A DNA stretch of 64,000 nt, taken from NCBI RefSeq assembly GCF_009914755.1, contig NC_060931.1; one strand, 5' to 3'. The notes beneath the pieces were generated by a model that was not told the origin of the DNA, ran no database searches, and worked only from the letters and a program-made list of their open reading frames with translations. The position numbers and the translations under genes are program-made. The DNA is from the human T2T-CHM13v2.0 reference genome, Homo sapiens. Positions 12,361 through 64,000 of this stretch are shown here, one piece after another (the stretch's first letter is position 1; each line of letters opens with the position of its first letter).

Positions 12361-12735
12361 GTTCTGAATTGTTATTTCTTCAAAACGATGGATGCTTTGC
12401 TAAATTGGCAACATACACTAAGAACATGAATGTCATTAAATACCTTTGCCTAGTGGCTGAACCAGAATCCCAACCCCAGGACTACTGTTGAGGCCACATT
12501 CTAGGTCCCCAAGAGTGGGCTCCTTCACACCAGGCACAGTACCTCACTATAAACTCAGCCTACAGACCTGATGGCCAAGCAGTTCCCTGCTGGGCCAAGG
12601 AAGGGCTGGAGGAGGATGGCAGGGCCACTTGGATGCTAGCCAGGAGCAACTGGAATGGGAAATTCTTAAGTGTCTCTGATATGGCACAGAATGACCTCAA
12701 AACTCAGGTGATAAAATTCTTGGATAAAAAGAATT

Positions 12736-13029
<294 letters not shown>

Positions 13030-13908
13030 CTAAAAGCCAGAATAGGCAAATATATAGAGATAGATATTAGACAAGTAATTGCCTGGGGCTAGGAGGTATA
13101 TGCTGCGGGAGAGCAGAACAAGGGAGAAGAGAAAAGATGTGCGTACCAAAAGGATGTGAGGCCCTGAGCCCAGGGCAGGTAAGGCATGGGACTGCCTTAT
13201 TTTACCCTGGCATTTAGGACAGTACTCCACAAACCACAAATTCTTATAAATCACAGCCAGTGAAAGTATGCTCAAAATCCAGAAAGCTCTTTTAAAAAAG
13301 GTCTCAACACTTTGAGATGTTAGTCTTGAAATAAGTTAATGTTTCAAATTATATTCATTCCTTTAAATGGATTAAATTGCTATTTCTTGACCCGGCAAAA
13401 TTTTACCTTGGTAGATCATTCAATAAAGCAGCACTGTGCCCTTCTCTAAGTCTGTGGTGTTGTACCGGCTCCTGCCATCATTTTTCACAGCTCTTTGAGG
13501 AGCAAAGAGGTGGAGGACTTGGTAGACACTAAGTAGCAAGTTGTGATAAGAATCAGAAACAGACACCAACTTCTTGAATCTCAACTAAGGTTTCTTTAGC
13601 CACATTCTACACAAAGATAAAATCTTAAGCCATTCATTAAAATCTTCAAAATTATATGTATTTGATAATAAACATCACATAGAGCAAATGGTTAAGTCAC
13701 TAACACATTCTCTTTAACAGCAATTTCAGTTTTATAAAACTACTTTCAGATATTGTTTCATTTTGTATCATGATTTTTAAGTTTTCTCACTGCAGCTGGA
13801 ATTAATTTCGTTACAATGAGAGGAGGAAGGGTTTAAAAATTAAAACGGTGTCTTCTAATTTTAAAATGTTAATTTAACAAAATATTCCATCCTATTTCAA
13901 CATTATTA

Positions 13909-14247
<339 letters not shown>

Positions 14248-14381
14248 TCAAATACACTGGTTTTATCAAAAAACATGAAAAAGCCAAAATATAAATTTTC
14301 ATGTTAGCTAGTCTTCCAATTTCATTTTATCCTAAGCAACTTAGGTCTCAGTTCTGTAATGTGACATTAATATAATGTTTA

Positions 14382-14685
<304 letters not shown>

Positions 14686-15642
14686 ATAATGTTTATCATG
14701 TCCACCTCCACAGGACAATGAGATGTAATTATAATAGGAAATATGATGGGTATGTTTCAGGGAGAATGAGCACATCTACCAGTACTGAATCAGCTTTGAT
14801 GTTCAGAAACATCAAAGAAATATGGTCTCATCACTTAACACAGATGATACCTTAGAAGTTTCGTTTGTTTCTACTCTAAATAGAAGGGTCTTCTTTCCAG
14901 AACGACAGATCCGATACACTGTGGAAGAAAGAAATATAAGGAATTACAACCTAAACCCAAAACTGGCCCCAGGAAGAAACTAGTTGGAATGGCAGAAGGA
15001 GCTCCCAGCTAAGAGCTGTGTTGGCTGGGCCAGCTCTCTAGGCATCAAGAGGGGAGTGGACTCAGGTGGGCTTGAGTCCTCAGCAAGAGAGAGACTCCAA
15101 ATGCTGCAGCTGTGACACCCCACAGTGCTCTGAGTAACCAAGGCAGTGGCGGCGGGGTGACAGAGGCTGTTCTTTCTGTCACTGGGCTCCAAGGGGCAGG
15201 AGCAAGCGGGGTGAACACACTGAAATGCAAGACTGACTGTGCGCTACAGGCCGTGCTGAGCTAGAGCCTCTGCCTGGAGGGAAAGTACCAAGCTCCCAGG
15301 CAACAGCTTTACGAATTCTGGCTACTACACCAAGTCTAAATACATGACGATTTTCACAACATCAATGAGAAATTGTTCTTTAAAGTCTGAATAAATAAAT
15401 TCTAGCTTTTCTTTTCAGTGTCTTAAAAACAAAGCAAAACAGACATGAGCAACATGAAGTGATATGTTTATCCAACTGTGTGTTGTTGAATCAACTTTTA
15501 GTTAAAATGTTAGAGAGGGACAAATAAGTACAGTGTGTCGATGTGCGGTGCTGTGAGGGCACAGACCAGTGATCAGAACACAACACCTGCGGCCTCTCCC
15601 ATCCTGACAAAGTCTCTGCATGCCAACTCCAGCGACAGGGTG

Positions 15643-29766
<14,124 letters not shown>

Positions 29767-30600
29767 GGCCGCGGATGGCGCAGCCGCGGCGGGCCTCTGT
29801 GGGTAACAGAAAAGCGTCGCGCCCTGAGTGTCCCCGCCCGGAAACACGGCAGCGCGAACAGTGGTTCCGCCCGGCTCGGGCTACGCGACTCTTACCAGGG
29901 TTATCTCCGGGCCACGCCCCGGAGGAGGTGGGGCTAGGGGGTCACGCCCTAGAGGAGGTGGGGTCACGGGTCAAGGATCACAGGTCACGCCCCGGGGGAG
30001 GTGGGGGTCCCAGTCTCCGGGTATGCCTCCGCGCTGCCGGGTAATGGTGGGATCTACTTTTAGTGAGGCGGAGGCTTCAAGCCCCAGATTCGGGGAGGTT
30101 GTTCTGAGAATTCACGTTTTGAAAGAATTTTGTGACACCTATTTCAAGTGTTATTTTAAAATATCCAAATAAAATTAATCGTTTATAAAGGTTAAACAAT
30201 ATTATCTTAAATATACCTAAGGTAGAGCAGCTTTAAACCCTCCAGCCTCAGATGACGGTACTGGTACTTTGGTATTGAAGCATCTTGGTGGATTAAGGTT
30301 CTGAAAATTGTTTCAAATGACTTCTAAAAAAATTGAACATATTACTGGCTAGTTGGTAAAGACGGGAAGCTTAAAGAACACTGACGTTAAGTGATAATTC
30401 TGCAGTTTGCCTCAAGACGAACTTTATTACATCCGATAAAATTCTTATTAGCATAAATAATGTCATTAGGATTTTTTTTAAAGGAAAGAAATTTTAAAGG
30501 GGGAAATGAAGCAACAATTGTATCTAATTTGGTTTTTCAAAGACTAAAGATTATCTGTGTTAACAATTGTTATTTTTAATGTCCTTTGCAAATAGACTAG

Positions 30601-30954
<354 letters not shown>

Positions 30955-30964
30955 TAATTTTCAA

Positions 30965-31438
30965 AGACACATGCACACATATGTTTATTGTGGCACTATT
31001 CACAATAGCAAAGACTTGGAACCATCCCAAATGTCCATCAATAATAGACTGGATAAGGAAAATGTGGCACATATACACCATGGAATACTATGCAGCCATA
31101 AAAAAGGATGAGTTCATGTCCTTTGCAGGGACATGGATGAAGCTGGAAACCATCATTCTCAGCAAAATATCACAAGGACAGAAAACCAAACACCGCATGT
31201 TCTCACTCATAAGTGGGAGTTGAACAATGAGAACACATGGACACAGGGAGGGGAATATCACACACTGGGGCCTGTTGGGGGGTGGAGGCCTGGGGGAGGG
31301 ATAGCGTTAGGAGAAATACCTAATGTAAATGATGAGTTGATGGGTGCAGCACACCAACATGGCACATGCATACCTATGTAACAAATCTGCACGTTGTGCA
31401 CATGTACCCTAGAACTTAAAGTGTAATAATAATAATAA
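30965..31438 (+). mobile_element. L1PA 3' end
   Basis: ORF 30981..31223 [20 protein letters not shown]... is the L1 ORF2 C-terminus; L1PA 3' UTR and tail follow. Confidence 0.93.
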
Positions 31439-31571
31439 GGTGCAAAATACAAAAATTGCAGTTTTTGCCTATTTTAAGACTATAACATGAAGCAAAATTC
31501 TAATCTTCATTGTCATATGCGAGTGTTTGCCAAACCAAACTTAATAGATCACTTTCAAAGTTATGCCAACA

Positions 31572-32175
<604 letters not shown>

Positions 32176-33585
32176 ATGCCAACATTTTTTATTTGCCCCA
32201 TATGATCTGCAGGAAAAAGCCTGTTTTTTAATTTCCTCATGAATGAGTTTTGAAGAGTTGAGCATCACATTAAATAAAGTGGCTGCTAGTAGATAAATGA
32301 ATATAATTAAAGAATGTATCTAAATAAACTTTGTAAACAATGTTTTGTAACATCTTGATCTTTAGTGTAAATTGCTTAATTTTATGTCATAAAAACTGAT
32401 AAAGCAATTTTTTAAACTTCCTAAGAAGATGTGATATGATACATTCTGCATGGACAAAAGCCCAAATAATATAGGAATTTGACTCAAGAAATAGAAAATA
32501 AAGCTGCAATTATCTTTTCTTGGAAGAAGAAAGGAATCTTTTATGTGCTCTTGCAATTTTCTTAAACAGGTTTAGCAAATTAATTCATTAACTTCAGAAT
32601 TGACAATTAAGTATATTGACACTACTTCTCTACTTTCCAAATGATTTTGAGGCAAGGAATGTGATCTCTAGAGATTTCTAGAAGCCCCATGTACCACTGA
32701 GTTTTCTAATGCAATGTATATTCATGTTCTCATCTAGCTACAGTAAATTGCCTTCTGACTTAAGAACTGCCAAATGTCAGGGATTAGTAATTCAGTCACA
32801 CAATGATTTGGGAAACAGTGTTCACGCTGTTCATTAAGTTTGTTTAGTGGGGAGGTAAATGCCTTAATCTTGTCTTAGAAACTGAAATAAACAGTGGTGC
32901 AAATAAAATGTCATTCAGGATGCATATAGTTGGAAGTAAGGGAAATAACCTCTCTACAGCTGCAGATGGTAAACTCTGTCTAGGTAAGTATTTGGCCAGT
33001 CTCTTTCAGGTACTTACTCATCTTCTCTAGTCCCTGGGGGAAGAGACAGCAATTTGCAGCCCTGTTGTTAGCAGTTAATGTTGGAAAAATTACCCAAGGG
33101 AAACAACGTGACTAGCTCACATGTTACGCATCAAATTTGAAAGGCAGTATTTGTCTTCTTTTTTTAACATGAGAAAACTGTAAAATGAAGGAAAGCATAC
33201 CCTAGAGGTGGCATGAGTGAATGTCTTTTGACAACTGTACTTGTTCTAAGAGATGGGTTTTTGCTTAAGCAGCTCTTCAAAGACTCTTCTCCTCTTTTAG
33301 GTGTCAAAAAAATTCTTCAATAAATTCCATAGATACTTTTCTAAATGAAGATTTGTGGAGCACATGAGAAGTGTCAGGCATGGTGGTGAGTGATGGGGAT
33401 TAAGGAAGGGGACCAGCCCCTACTCAAGAGGAGGGTGATCAACATTTATTGGATGCCTTTAAAGCACTATTTAAATATTATTGATCAGTAGGGTGAGATA
33501 GATAGCTCTCATTTTATAGCACTCTGCACTGATATCATCACTTAGATAATATAAACACACGTAAAATAAGTATGATTATTCCCAT

Positions 33586-33891
33586 TTTATTTTATTTTAT
33601 TTTATTTTAGATGGAGTCTTGCTCTTGTTGCCCAAGCTGGAGTGCAATGGTGCAATCTCGACTCACTGCAACCTCTGAGTCCTGGGTTCAAGTGATTCTT
33701 TTGCCTCAGTCTACCGAGTAGCTGGGATTACAGGCACTTGCCACTACACCCAGACCATTTTTTGTATTTTTAGTAGAGATGGGGTTTCACTGTGTTGGCC
33801 AGGCTGGTCTCAAACTCATGACATCAGGTGAGCTGCCTGCTTCAGCCTCCCAAAGTGCTGGGATTACAGGTGTGAGCCACCATGCTCGGCC
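33586..33891 (-). mobile_element. AluS
   Basis: Antisense Alu with (TTTTA)n tail; TSD ATTATTCCCATTTTA. Confidence 0.9.
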
Positions 33892-35097
33892 TATTATTCC
33901 CATTTTAAAGATGGGGACAGATAGAATTGGCAATGTTGGCCATGGCATGCCCTACCTCACACTCTTGATGAGAATCTGCATCACTGGATTGCTGAGTGTC
34001 CAGTGACCCACATGCTCCTGCTGACTGGACCAGCTCTATTTACACTTGACCTTCAGGAAAACAATTGATAGTGTGGAAATAAATGAAGACCAACCAAATG
34101 GAACAGGCAAAGCCTATTTATTCAGAGTCAGCCATTATCACTTGCATTTCAGCAGAGACTCAAAGGCAGGCAGAGAGGTAGGAACGCTTCATAGTGGAAA
34201 AGGAAGGAGAGTATAGTGAAGTAACAGAAGAGGTTACAGAGCATGTTTATTTACCAGCTAAAGCTAAAGTGGCAAAGGAAGGAGAGGTTCATCCCTACCC
34301 TTCTGCACCCCCTTATTTCCTCCTGGGAAATATTACTGATGAATAACATTTTATATATGGCATTTTGCACATGGTAAGTTTTTTAGTCAAAGGATATATT
34401 CATCTCAATTTTTATAGATAGGCCAAGTTCCCTCCATAAATACCTATTTGCATTTCTTCCAGCAACGTGTGAGAGATCCTGTTTCCCCAAAGCCTTGGAA
34501 TAAAACATTATCAAACTTTTGGATCTTTCTAATTTCATCAGTGAAACATGGTACAGTATAATTTTTGCCATTTTTCTTAAGTAAATAAGCTTGAATATCT
34601 TTCATGTGCGTCTCTAGATGATCTGTTTACTGGCCATTTTTCTATTGGGTTATTGATATTATAATTGCTTTCTTGGGACTGTGTATATATTGGAAAGATT
34701 GGTCCTTATAATGTCAGTTGTGAATATTTTTTGCATTTTAAGTTTTGTTGGCCATGCAGAGGTTCTTGATTTTTATATAGTGGAATTTTTTTTCTTTTGT
34801 GGCTTCTAAATTTTGAGTCATATTTAGGAAGACCTTCCTCTATTCAATACCATACAGGAATTATCCCAAGTTTCCTTGTTAATATTTTTATGGTTTTATT
34901 ACCTACTTGTATATATTTTACCATACTGGGAGTTTGTCATATTGTAAAGTGAGAAATATGGATGGAATTTTATTTTCTTAATGACTGGATAATTGTCCCA
35001 AGCCATTTGTTTTTTTCCCCCATACTCTTTTGAGATGCTACCATTATCATACACCCAACTTCCACATACATGTAAATATATTTTTGGACTTGTCTGT

Positions 35098-35610
35098 TGT
35101 TGGGAACAGGCCCCCCAAAATCTGGCCATAAAGTGGCCCCAAAACTGGCCATAAACAAAACCTCTGCAGCACTGTGACATGTTCATCATGGCCATAACGC
35201 CCACGCTGGAAGGTGGTGGGCTTACAGGAATGAGGGCAAGGAACACCTGGCCCACCCAGGGCGGAAAACTGCTTAAAGGCATTCTTAAGCCACAAACAAT
35301 AGCATGAGCTATCTGTGCCTTAAGGACATGCTCCTGCTGCCATTAACTAGCCCAACCTATTCCTTTAATTCAGCCCATCCCTTTGTTCCCCATAAGGAAT
35401 ACTTTTAGTTAATTTAAGATCTATAGAAACAATGCTAATGACTGGCTTGCTGTTAATAAATATGTGGATAAATCTCTGTTCGGGGCTCTCAGCTCTGAAG
35501 GCTGTGAGACCCGTGATTTCCCACTTCACACCTCTATATTTCTGTGTGTGTGTCTTTAATTCCTCTAGCGCCGCTGGGTTAGGGTCTCCCCGACCAAGCT
35601 GGTCTCGGCA
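35098..35610 (+). mobile_element. MER9 solo LTR (HERV-K HML-3)
   Basis: TGTTGGGAACAGGCCCCCCAAAATCTGGCCATAAA...GCTGGTCTCGGCA; TG...CA ends; 6-bp TSD GTCTGT; 513 bp. Confidence 0.9.
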
Positions 35611-36092
35611 GTCTGTTCCATTGGTCTATCTGTTTGCCAGTATCATACAGTTTTAACTATTGTTTTATACCTATGTCATAGAGCTATTTCTTTTTGTTGA
35701 TTTTTTTTCAGAGATTTTTCTGGCTGTCCTTTTGCTAAGTTTATATTTCCATATGAACTTTAGAATCAATTTTATTTAAAACATACCCCCCTTTGGGTTT
35801 TTAAAAATATATACATGTCTTAATTTTTAAAAAACTTTTTAATTGAAAATATCGAACATATATAAATCTAGACAGAATAATATAATGAAGCTCCATGGAC
35901 TGGCAGCATTCAACTTCAATGATCATTTCATGGCCAATCTTTTTCATGAATTTTCTTATCCATTTCTTCCTCTTATGTTATTATGGAAAAGATCCCACAT
36001 ATATCATTTCAACTTTAAATATTTAAATATGTAAATAAAAAGATTTATTTTAAAATCATCATTTTAGTACCATTATCATACAGACACCTATA

Positions 36093-36382
36093 ATTTATTT
36101 TTTTCAGACAGGGTCTTGCTCTGCCGCCCAGGCAGGAGCACAGTGATCATGGCTCACTGCAGCCTCAAATTCTTGGGCTCAAGTGATCCTCCCACCTCAG
36201 CCTTCCAAGTAGCTGGAACTGCAGGTGTGCATTGCCATGCCCAGCTAATTTTTTTATTTTTAATAGAGACAGGGTCTCACTATGTCACCCAGGCTCATCT
36301 TGAACTCCTGGAGTCAAGCAGTCCTTCTACCTTGGCCTCCCAAAGTGCTGAGATTATAGGTGTGAGCCACCGTGCCCAGCCC
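36093..36382 (-). mobile_element. AluJ-like element
   Basis: Antisense Alu with GGCTCAAGTGATCCTCCCACC. Confidence 0.85.
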
Positions 36383-36576
36383 AAATTATTTTTTTTAACG
36401 ATAATTCTTTAATATCTCATAACTGTCCCATAAAGTCCATATTTTTCTGCTTTTTAACTGAGATCAAGTTACATTTATAAATTAACTTAGAACTGACATC
36501 TTGACAGTTGAGTTTTCCCATTGAAGGATACAGTATATGGTACATCTATTTTTCCATTTATTTTACTGAAGTCTTC

Positions 36577-36864
36577 TTTTTTTTTTTTTCTCCAGACAGG
36601 GTCGCCCAGGCTGGAGCGTAGTGGCTCGAACACAGCTCACTTGAAGCTTCAACCTCCCGGGCTCAAGTGATCCTCCCACCTGTCTCCTGAGTAGCTGCAA
36701 CTACAGGCATGTGCCAAGACGTCTGGCTAATTTTTAAATTTTTTGTAGGGATGGGGTCTTGCTGTGTTGCCCAGACTGGTCTCAAACTCCTGGGCTCAAG
36801 TGATCCCCCAACCCTTGGCCTCCCAAAGTGCTAAGATTACAGTTGTGAGCCACTGTGCCTGGCC
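36577..36864 (-). mobile_element. AluJ-like element
   Basis: Antisense Alu; TSD AAGTCTTCTTTT. Confidence 0.85.
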
Positions 36865-37412
36865 TTAAGTCTTCTTTTAGTCATTCACTGCTGTTTGGGA
36901 TTTTTTCACATAGATATTTTACTTTCTTCTTTTATTTGATGTTTATTATCTAAAGATAATAATGGATTTTGTAAGTTATACCCTGTTGTTTTTATGAATG
37001 ATATTGATTTATATATGGGAATTTTGCATCCACGAACTTACAACAGTTTTTCCTTGTTTCTAATTCTTTTAAAATAGACTCTATTGCATTTCAAGGAATT
37101 CATCAAATTATCTGCAAATGGTCATGGTCAGAACTCCTCACTAATTTTTACCTCCAATTTAAAAATTACTGGTTTCCTATCTAATTGCGCTGACCAGTGC
37201 CTCCAGATCAGCACTAAATGATAGTAGTGATAGTGGACATCCATGCCTGGTGTAAATAAATGAGTCCGTGAAGGCAAAGATGCTATTATGGGAAAGACTG
37301 ATGATGAGACTATCTTCTTCTAAATACAAAATGAGTTTTCAATGCTCTAACAACATGAAGCATCCTTAAAGACTAAACTATGGCAAGGATATTTAATTTA
37401 CTTCCATATTTT

Positions 37413-37418
37413 TTTATT
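37413..37418 (-). terminator. SUN3: SUN3 polyadenylation signal AATAAA
   Basis: TTTATT on the plus strand, ~155 nt downstream of the stop codon. Confidence 0.75.
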
Positions 37419-37573
37419 AGTAAAATGCATTTACTTTTTACAGGCAAGTATGAACCACTTTGAGGTTTTCTTCCCACTCCCAATTCTCAATTCCTATGGG
37501 TGCGGTATCATCTAAGAGAATAAGCATTCTTGAATATTCTGGACATGTGGCATGGCCTTCTGTACCAACTCTT

Positions 37574-59321
<21,748 letters not shown>

Positions 59322-60333
59322 CTGAAAACAACAGAAAAAGATAAATCATTCTGAATTCTGCTTATTCAAATAGAGTCTTTTTTTTTTCTCAGAAAAGGGA
59401 AATAAATAGCACATTGACTCCTGATATACAGATGTGCTGGCTGGAACTCAGGAGCGTCCTCTGAGAGGCCCGCCTCTTTCCTAGCCTCACCTGTACATCA
59501 TGAATGTATTTGAAGGAGATGAGGTAATGCAAATCTATTTAATGAGTGACATTCAACAGGAGCTCTTGGATGGGCACATCATTTCCTATTTCTTAAGACT
59601 GTAAAGGCCTGAACACAGTCTGAGAGGGAGGTTGGAAGAGGAAAAAATAGAGGGAAGAGGAAGAGAGGGAAGGGAAGACAAGCGGGAGAGGCGCCCCTGG
59701 TGGATGTGGAAAAACCTAAGGAGCACATGGCGACGTTAGAGGACCATGCTGAGCTCTTTGGGCTTGTCCCTGAATAAGGAGGGGGACTCCCACTTACAAA
59801 TAAGAAAGGGATGTGATTACTTTTGGGCTAGATTGGCAATCACAATCAGAAAATTGCAGAAATTTATCTAACACTGGTGTCATGTCTGGTATAGATAGTC
59901 TCTGGTATGGACGGTCTTGGTGGTGCCCAAACCAAGACAAGAAACCAGGAAAAGGTAAAGTTACTGTTTGGACACAACATGTGGCTTCAGAGGACTTTCT
60001 GCTATGGAGGTGGTCAGTGAAAACATAAACACTGGGAAGATAGAGCATGCTGGAGTGCAGGCAGCACTCTGGTCTGCAGTACCGGGCTACTGTGCTGCCT
60101 GTTCCTCACCTGGAATGGGGGAATGGCCTAGCTGCATCCTCCTGTCACTGAGAAGAACTTGGGTCTGGGTGGCCAGCACCTCTATGTCCCTTAGCTCATC
60201 CTGCTGTGTGTCTTCCGGGCCCTGCCACAGATGACGGTGGTTGGGTGCTCACATTTCAAATGCCCTACAAGTCATTAGCCTGGGAGCCTCCAAAGCCCTG
60301 CACTCTCTTCCCGTCTGTCTTTACCCAGCATGA

Positions 60334-60436
60334 GACACACACACACAAACACACACACTCCACATACACATGCTTATACACACGTATGCACATGCTCATA
60401 GGCACACATGCATACTCACATATGCACACATGCACA
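60334..60436. repeat. Degenerate (CA)n / CATG-rich tract
   Basis: CACACA/CATG alternation. Confidence 0.8.
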
Positions 60437-60996
60437 GCCCCTATTCCAACATGGGATGGTTGGAGAAGGTCAATAATATTACCAACAGAGAAAGGAGGGC
60501 AAAAGAGAGCACCTTGGGGCACCAATCTTGAAGGGCTCAGAAGCCAACAACTGAGTGGACAAGCTGGTAAGAAGGGGAGGACAAGTGTGAAAGGGTGATC
60601 TCTTCCCCAGAGGATTCCAGGAAAAATAGTCAACAATGCCCATCGAGGGATGGCTCCTGACATCCTTTCTTTACATCTGGAACTCCCCTACCCTGACATG
60701 TTTTACTCAAGTGGTTTATCAATTAAGAGGCAGTATCTTTGACTATGTGCCAAGAAAATAATGTAGATCAGAGTGGAGGAATGATCAAGTGTGAAAACGA
60801 AGGCCGACCCAAGCAATCAATTCCCTTGGGTTTAAACTTAAATCTTGGAGGATTCCCGCAGCAGTCTCCAGAAATTTGTCTCATCCACATACTCTCCCTG
60901 CCAGGTTGGGAAGCAGACACCTCTGCCTTTAAGGATCACTTTCTTGTAGCAACAAAGCTCACACTTCAGGCACCCAACAGAGAACTCAAAGGGACC

Positions 60997-61456
60997 CTAT
61001 GAGTTTCCTGGGGCTCTTGACACACATGACCACAAACGGGGTGGTTTGAAACAATGGAAATTTATTCTGTCGCTGTTCTGGAGGTCAAAAGTGTAAGGTC
61101 AACGTGTCCACATGTTTACACTCCTCTGAAGGTCCTCAGGGAGATTCTGTTTCTTGCCTTTTCTAACTTCTGGTGGCTCTGGGCATTCCTAGGCTTGTGG
61201 CTGCATCACTCCAGTCTCTGCCTCTGCCTTTACGTGGTCTCTTCTTCTCCTCTCTGTGTCTCTCTCCTCTGTAAGTCTCCTAAAGAGATCCCTGTCATTG
61301 TATTTAGGACCCATCTGAGTAATCTAGGACGATTTGATCTCAAGAAACTTAATTACATCTGCAAATACCTTTTTCCCAAATAAAGGTCACATTCACAGTT
61401 TCTTGGGGTCAGGAGGTAGACATATCTTTTTGGGAATCACCTTTCAACCTCCTACA
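60997..61456 (-). mobile_element. MLT1-family MaLR LTR
   Basis: GGAAATTTATTCTGTC..TTCTGGAGGTC...TTAATTACATCTGCAAA...TTTCCCAAATAAAGGTCACATTCAC...TCAACCTCCTACA. Confidence 0.85.
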
Positions 61457-62966
61457 GTGACCATCAATGTGCTATCTGGGAAATAGTGCTCCATCTTTAC
61501 CCAGTAATTAGCTTGCTTTTCTGTTACAAAGACTGGCTTTTTATCAGTTAGCTCTGCCCAAAATAGTGCTATACTATAAATGTGTTGTGTCTTGTGCGAT
61601 GTTATTCTGTCATGTGTGATAATGATGTCAGAATGGAATGTAGTGTGGCACATAGAAAAATATTGCCTTGCTTTTGTTCTGAACAATTACACTTCTTATA
61701 CGTTCTCCTCAACATTTTTATTTTGACAAGGATGTGAATTTGGGAGCTTATCATTGGTAGATAGAGATTCTCACTTCTAGTTTTTCACATTCTGTTTGAG
61801 CAACTTCCCTGTCAGTAGGAGCAGTGTTTTCAATTTGTTTCTTTTTTCTGTTCTAGCCTTAAAATAACATACAGAAAATACTCCTCAATTAATTTGCTGA
61901 TAAATGAACTTGAGAGTTCCATGAAAAATAAAATATTTCACAATTTTAAAAACATTTTTATTTTGCTTCATTCCCAAAAGCATTTCAGGCAAGTTCTACT
62001 ATAGGAACTTGTATAGTATAAGAACATGTAGGACAAAACAGTAAGTAAGGAAGTGAAAGTGAAGATAAAATAAAGATTGGAAAAGTAAGATAATGCGAGA
62101 AGGATGAAGTTGGAACCTACTCGTGCCTGAAATTCTTGAAAGTTATTAGCTGTGGGCTATAAATTTGTTTCAGAGCATCACAGCAACCAAATGGGTGGGA
62201 GAGGGGGCAGGCCAATGGCCAAAATTTACCACATCCACAATGTGGAAAAAGAAAATCAAAAGTGTTATAAAGGCTGCTTTGTGTATAGTTGATTATCTTT
62301 CTGAAACATTTCTGGCAATGAGATGGGTGTTCAGTGTCCTAGGAACCTTCCTAAAACATCCCTCCCTGTAGGCTGTTGGCCTCATGACAAAGCCTATGTC
62401 AGGGAAAGCCTCATCAGATGTGAAAATGTCCAGAGCACTCGTTAAGAGGACACAGCCTCCAGGGATATTGTTTTCAGCAACAAAGTCCCTGTGCCTCATC
62501 CTAACCATGGATTAAGGTAGGGTTTGTCTGCATGTGCTGTCAATTTACAGCCTCCTGAGACACGAAGGCGTCAGGTAGAGGCTGGCAAAGAAATAGCCAT
62601 GGGCAAAGCCCAGTTTTACTTGTTTTTTGTTTAGTTTTTTTTTTTTTTTCTTCAGATAATGTTGACTGAGACCCAAAGCTTTATGCCTTGGAACATGGCT
62701 CTAGTAATTTGAACCAAGATAAATTCAATGATGTGTTAACACATTTCTGACATGGTCATTAAAATTTTTTTTCTCAATGAGGTCCCATAAGATATCTAAC
62801 TTTAAACCATATAACTTCAAGGTGAATCCTACAAACTATAGTGATTGCAGACTGTGCCCTGGGTAAATAACTAAGCTTGCTGCTTAATATAGCTTTAAGA
62901 TAGAAACCAATTAAATATTGGAGTAAGTAATTTGAAGTCATTGGTCTTGAACTCACAACTGTGATC

Positions 62967-63317
62967 ACTGTGGCTTGAATATCTATGTTTCTTCCAAAAT
63001 TTATGTTGAAACTTAATCCCCATTGTGGTGGTGTTAAGAGGTAGGGTCTTTTGGGGAGTGATTAAGTCATGAAGGTACCACCCACGTGAATAGGATTAGT
63101 GCTTTTAATAAAAAGCTCGAAGGAAGTAGTTTAGGCCCTTTTCGCCCTTTGACCTCCTACCACGTGAAGACACAAGAAAGCTCTCATTAAACATAGAATG
63201 CACATGCCTTGATCTTGGACTTCACAGCCTCCAGAACTGTGAGAAAGACATTTCTGTTCTTTATAAGCTACCTAGTCTATGGCATTTTGTTATAGCAGCA
63301 TAAATGGATTAAGACTG
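62967..63317 (+). mobile_element. MaLR LTR (MLT1A/MST-like)
   Basis: TATGTTGAAACTTAATCCCCA...GCCTTGATCTTGGACTTC.CAGCCTCCAGAACTGTGAGA...TTGTTATAGCAGCA. Confidence 0.82.
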
Positions 63318-63968
63318 TGCTGGTGATTTGAAAGTGGCATGTGACAATAAAATTTTGTTCTCAGTGTAGCAGTGAGCAAAGTCTTAGTCTGAATGGCAGG
63401 CCCAGTCTCAACAAAATCTGGATCCTCAGGGAGGATCATTTCAGCTCTGGAATATGCAGTGGTGTGACCACAGGCTGCCTTCCTTCATTGTGCTGATCCA
63501 TTGTGCTGATCCAGCTTCCTAATCTATAAATGGATTTAGTAATACTCTTACTGAAAAGTCATTTCGAGGATAAAGTGTAATATATATTTAGTGTTCTTAG
63601 GATCTCTTCTGATGCATAACTATTACCATTATCCTGTTCTCCATGGTGGAATATGAGGCGATATATCCAGCTTTTTGAAAAGTAATATCAAATCATTGGG
63701 ATTCAATATGACAACAAGGTCACCTAAAAATTATAAATATTCTTTACTTATTTTTCTTTTAAGAGTTTATCCTAAGTAATCAAGGAGAGGCAAATTGATT
63801 AAGCCATAGGATGTTTGTGTTTATAATATTTAAAAAATTAGAGACAATCCAATTGTTTAGAAATAAGTATTCATTGAAAATATTATTCATTGGAATATTT
63901 TATCATCCATTACATGTCATTATAAAATAATATCTAAAGGCAAGGGAGCATATTTAAAATCTATTACT

Positions 63969-64000
63969 GGCTGAGTGCAGCGTTTCATGCCTGTAATCGC
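63969..64000 (+). mobile_element. Alu 5' end, truncated by the window edge
   Basis: GGCTGAGTGCAGCGTTTCATGCCTGTAATC. Confidence 0.6.

Overview
Human (hominid-type) genomic DNA, recognisable as the HUS1-SUN3 interval, which from recalled annotation lies at 7p12.3 with PKD1L1 starting just outside the left edge. It contains the complete 8-exon HUS1 CDS (minus strand, 29766->15643, 843 nt, 280 aa, all introns GT-AG, CpG-island promoter) and the last seven coding exons of SUN3 (minus strand, 59321->37574, poly(A) signal at 37413-37418). The rest is mostly interspersed repeats: Alu, L1, SVA, solo HERV-K LTRs (LTR5, MER9), MaLR LTRs and DNA-transposon fossils. Nearly all ORF-track entries are repeat-derived artefacts. 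I see no evidence of a novel multi-gene system. The strongest unexplained signals are: (1) a spliced internal fragment of TTK/MPS1 mRNA (TPR region) fused inside an old L1 with no poly(A) or TSD of its own; (2) an SVA carrying a ~280-bp 3' transduction inside its TSDs; (3) a tail-to-tail Alu pair whose shared TSD spacer is inverted; (4) a SUN3 exon that ends at a very weak GTCCTG donor next to a GC-type site that may be a degenerated ancestral donor; (5) several local templated duplications. Repeat subfamily calls and repeat edges were made by eye and are approximate.
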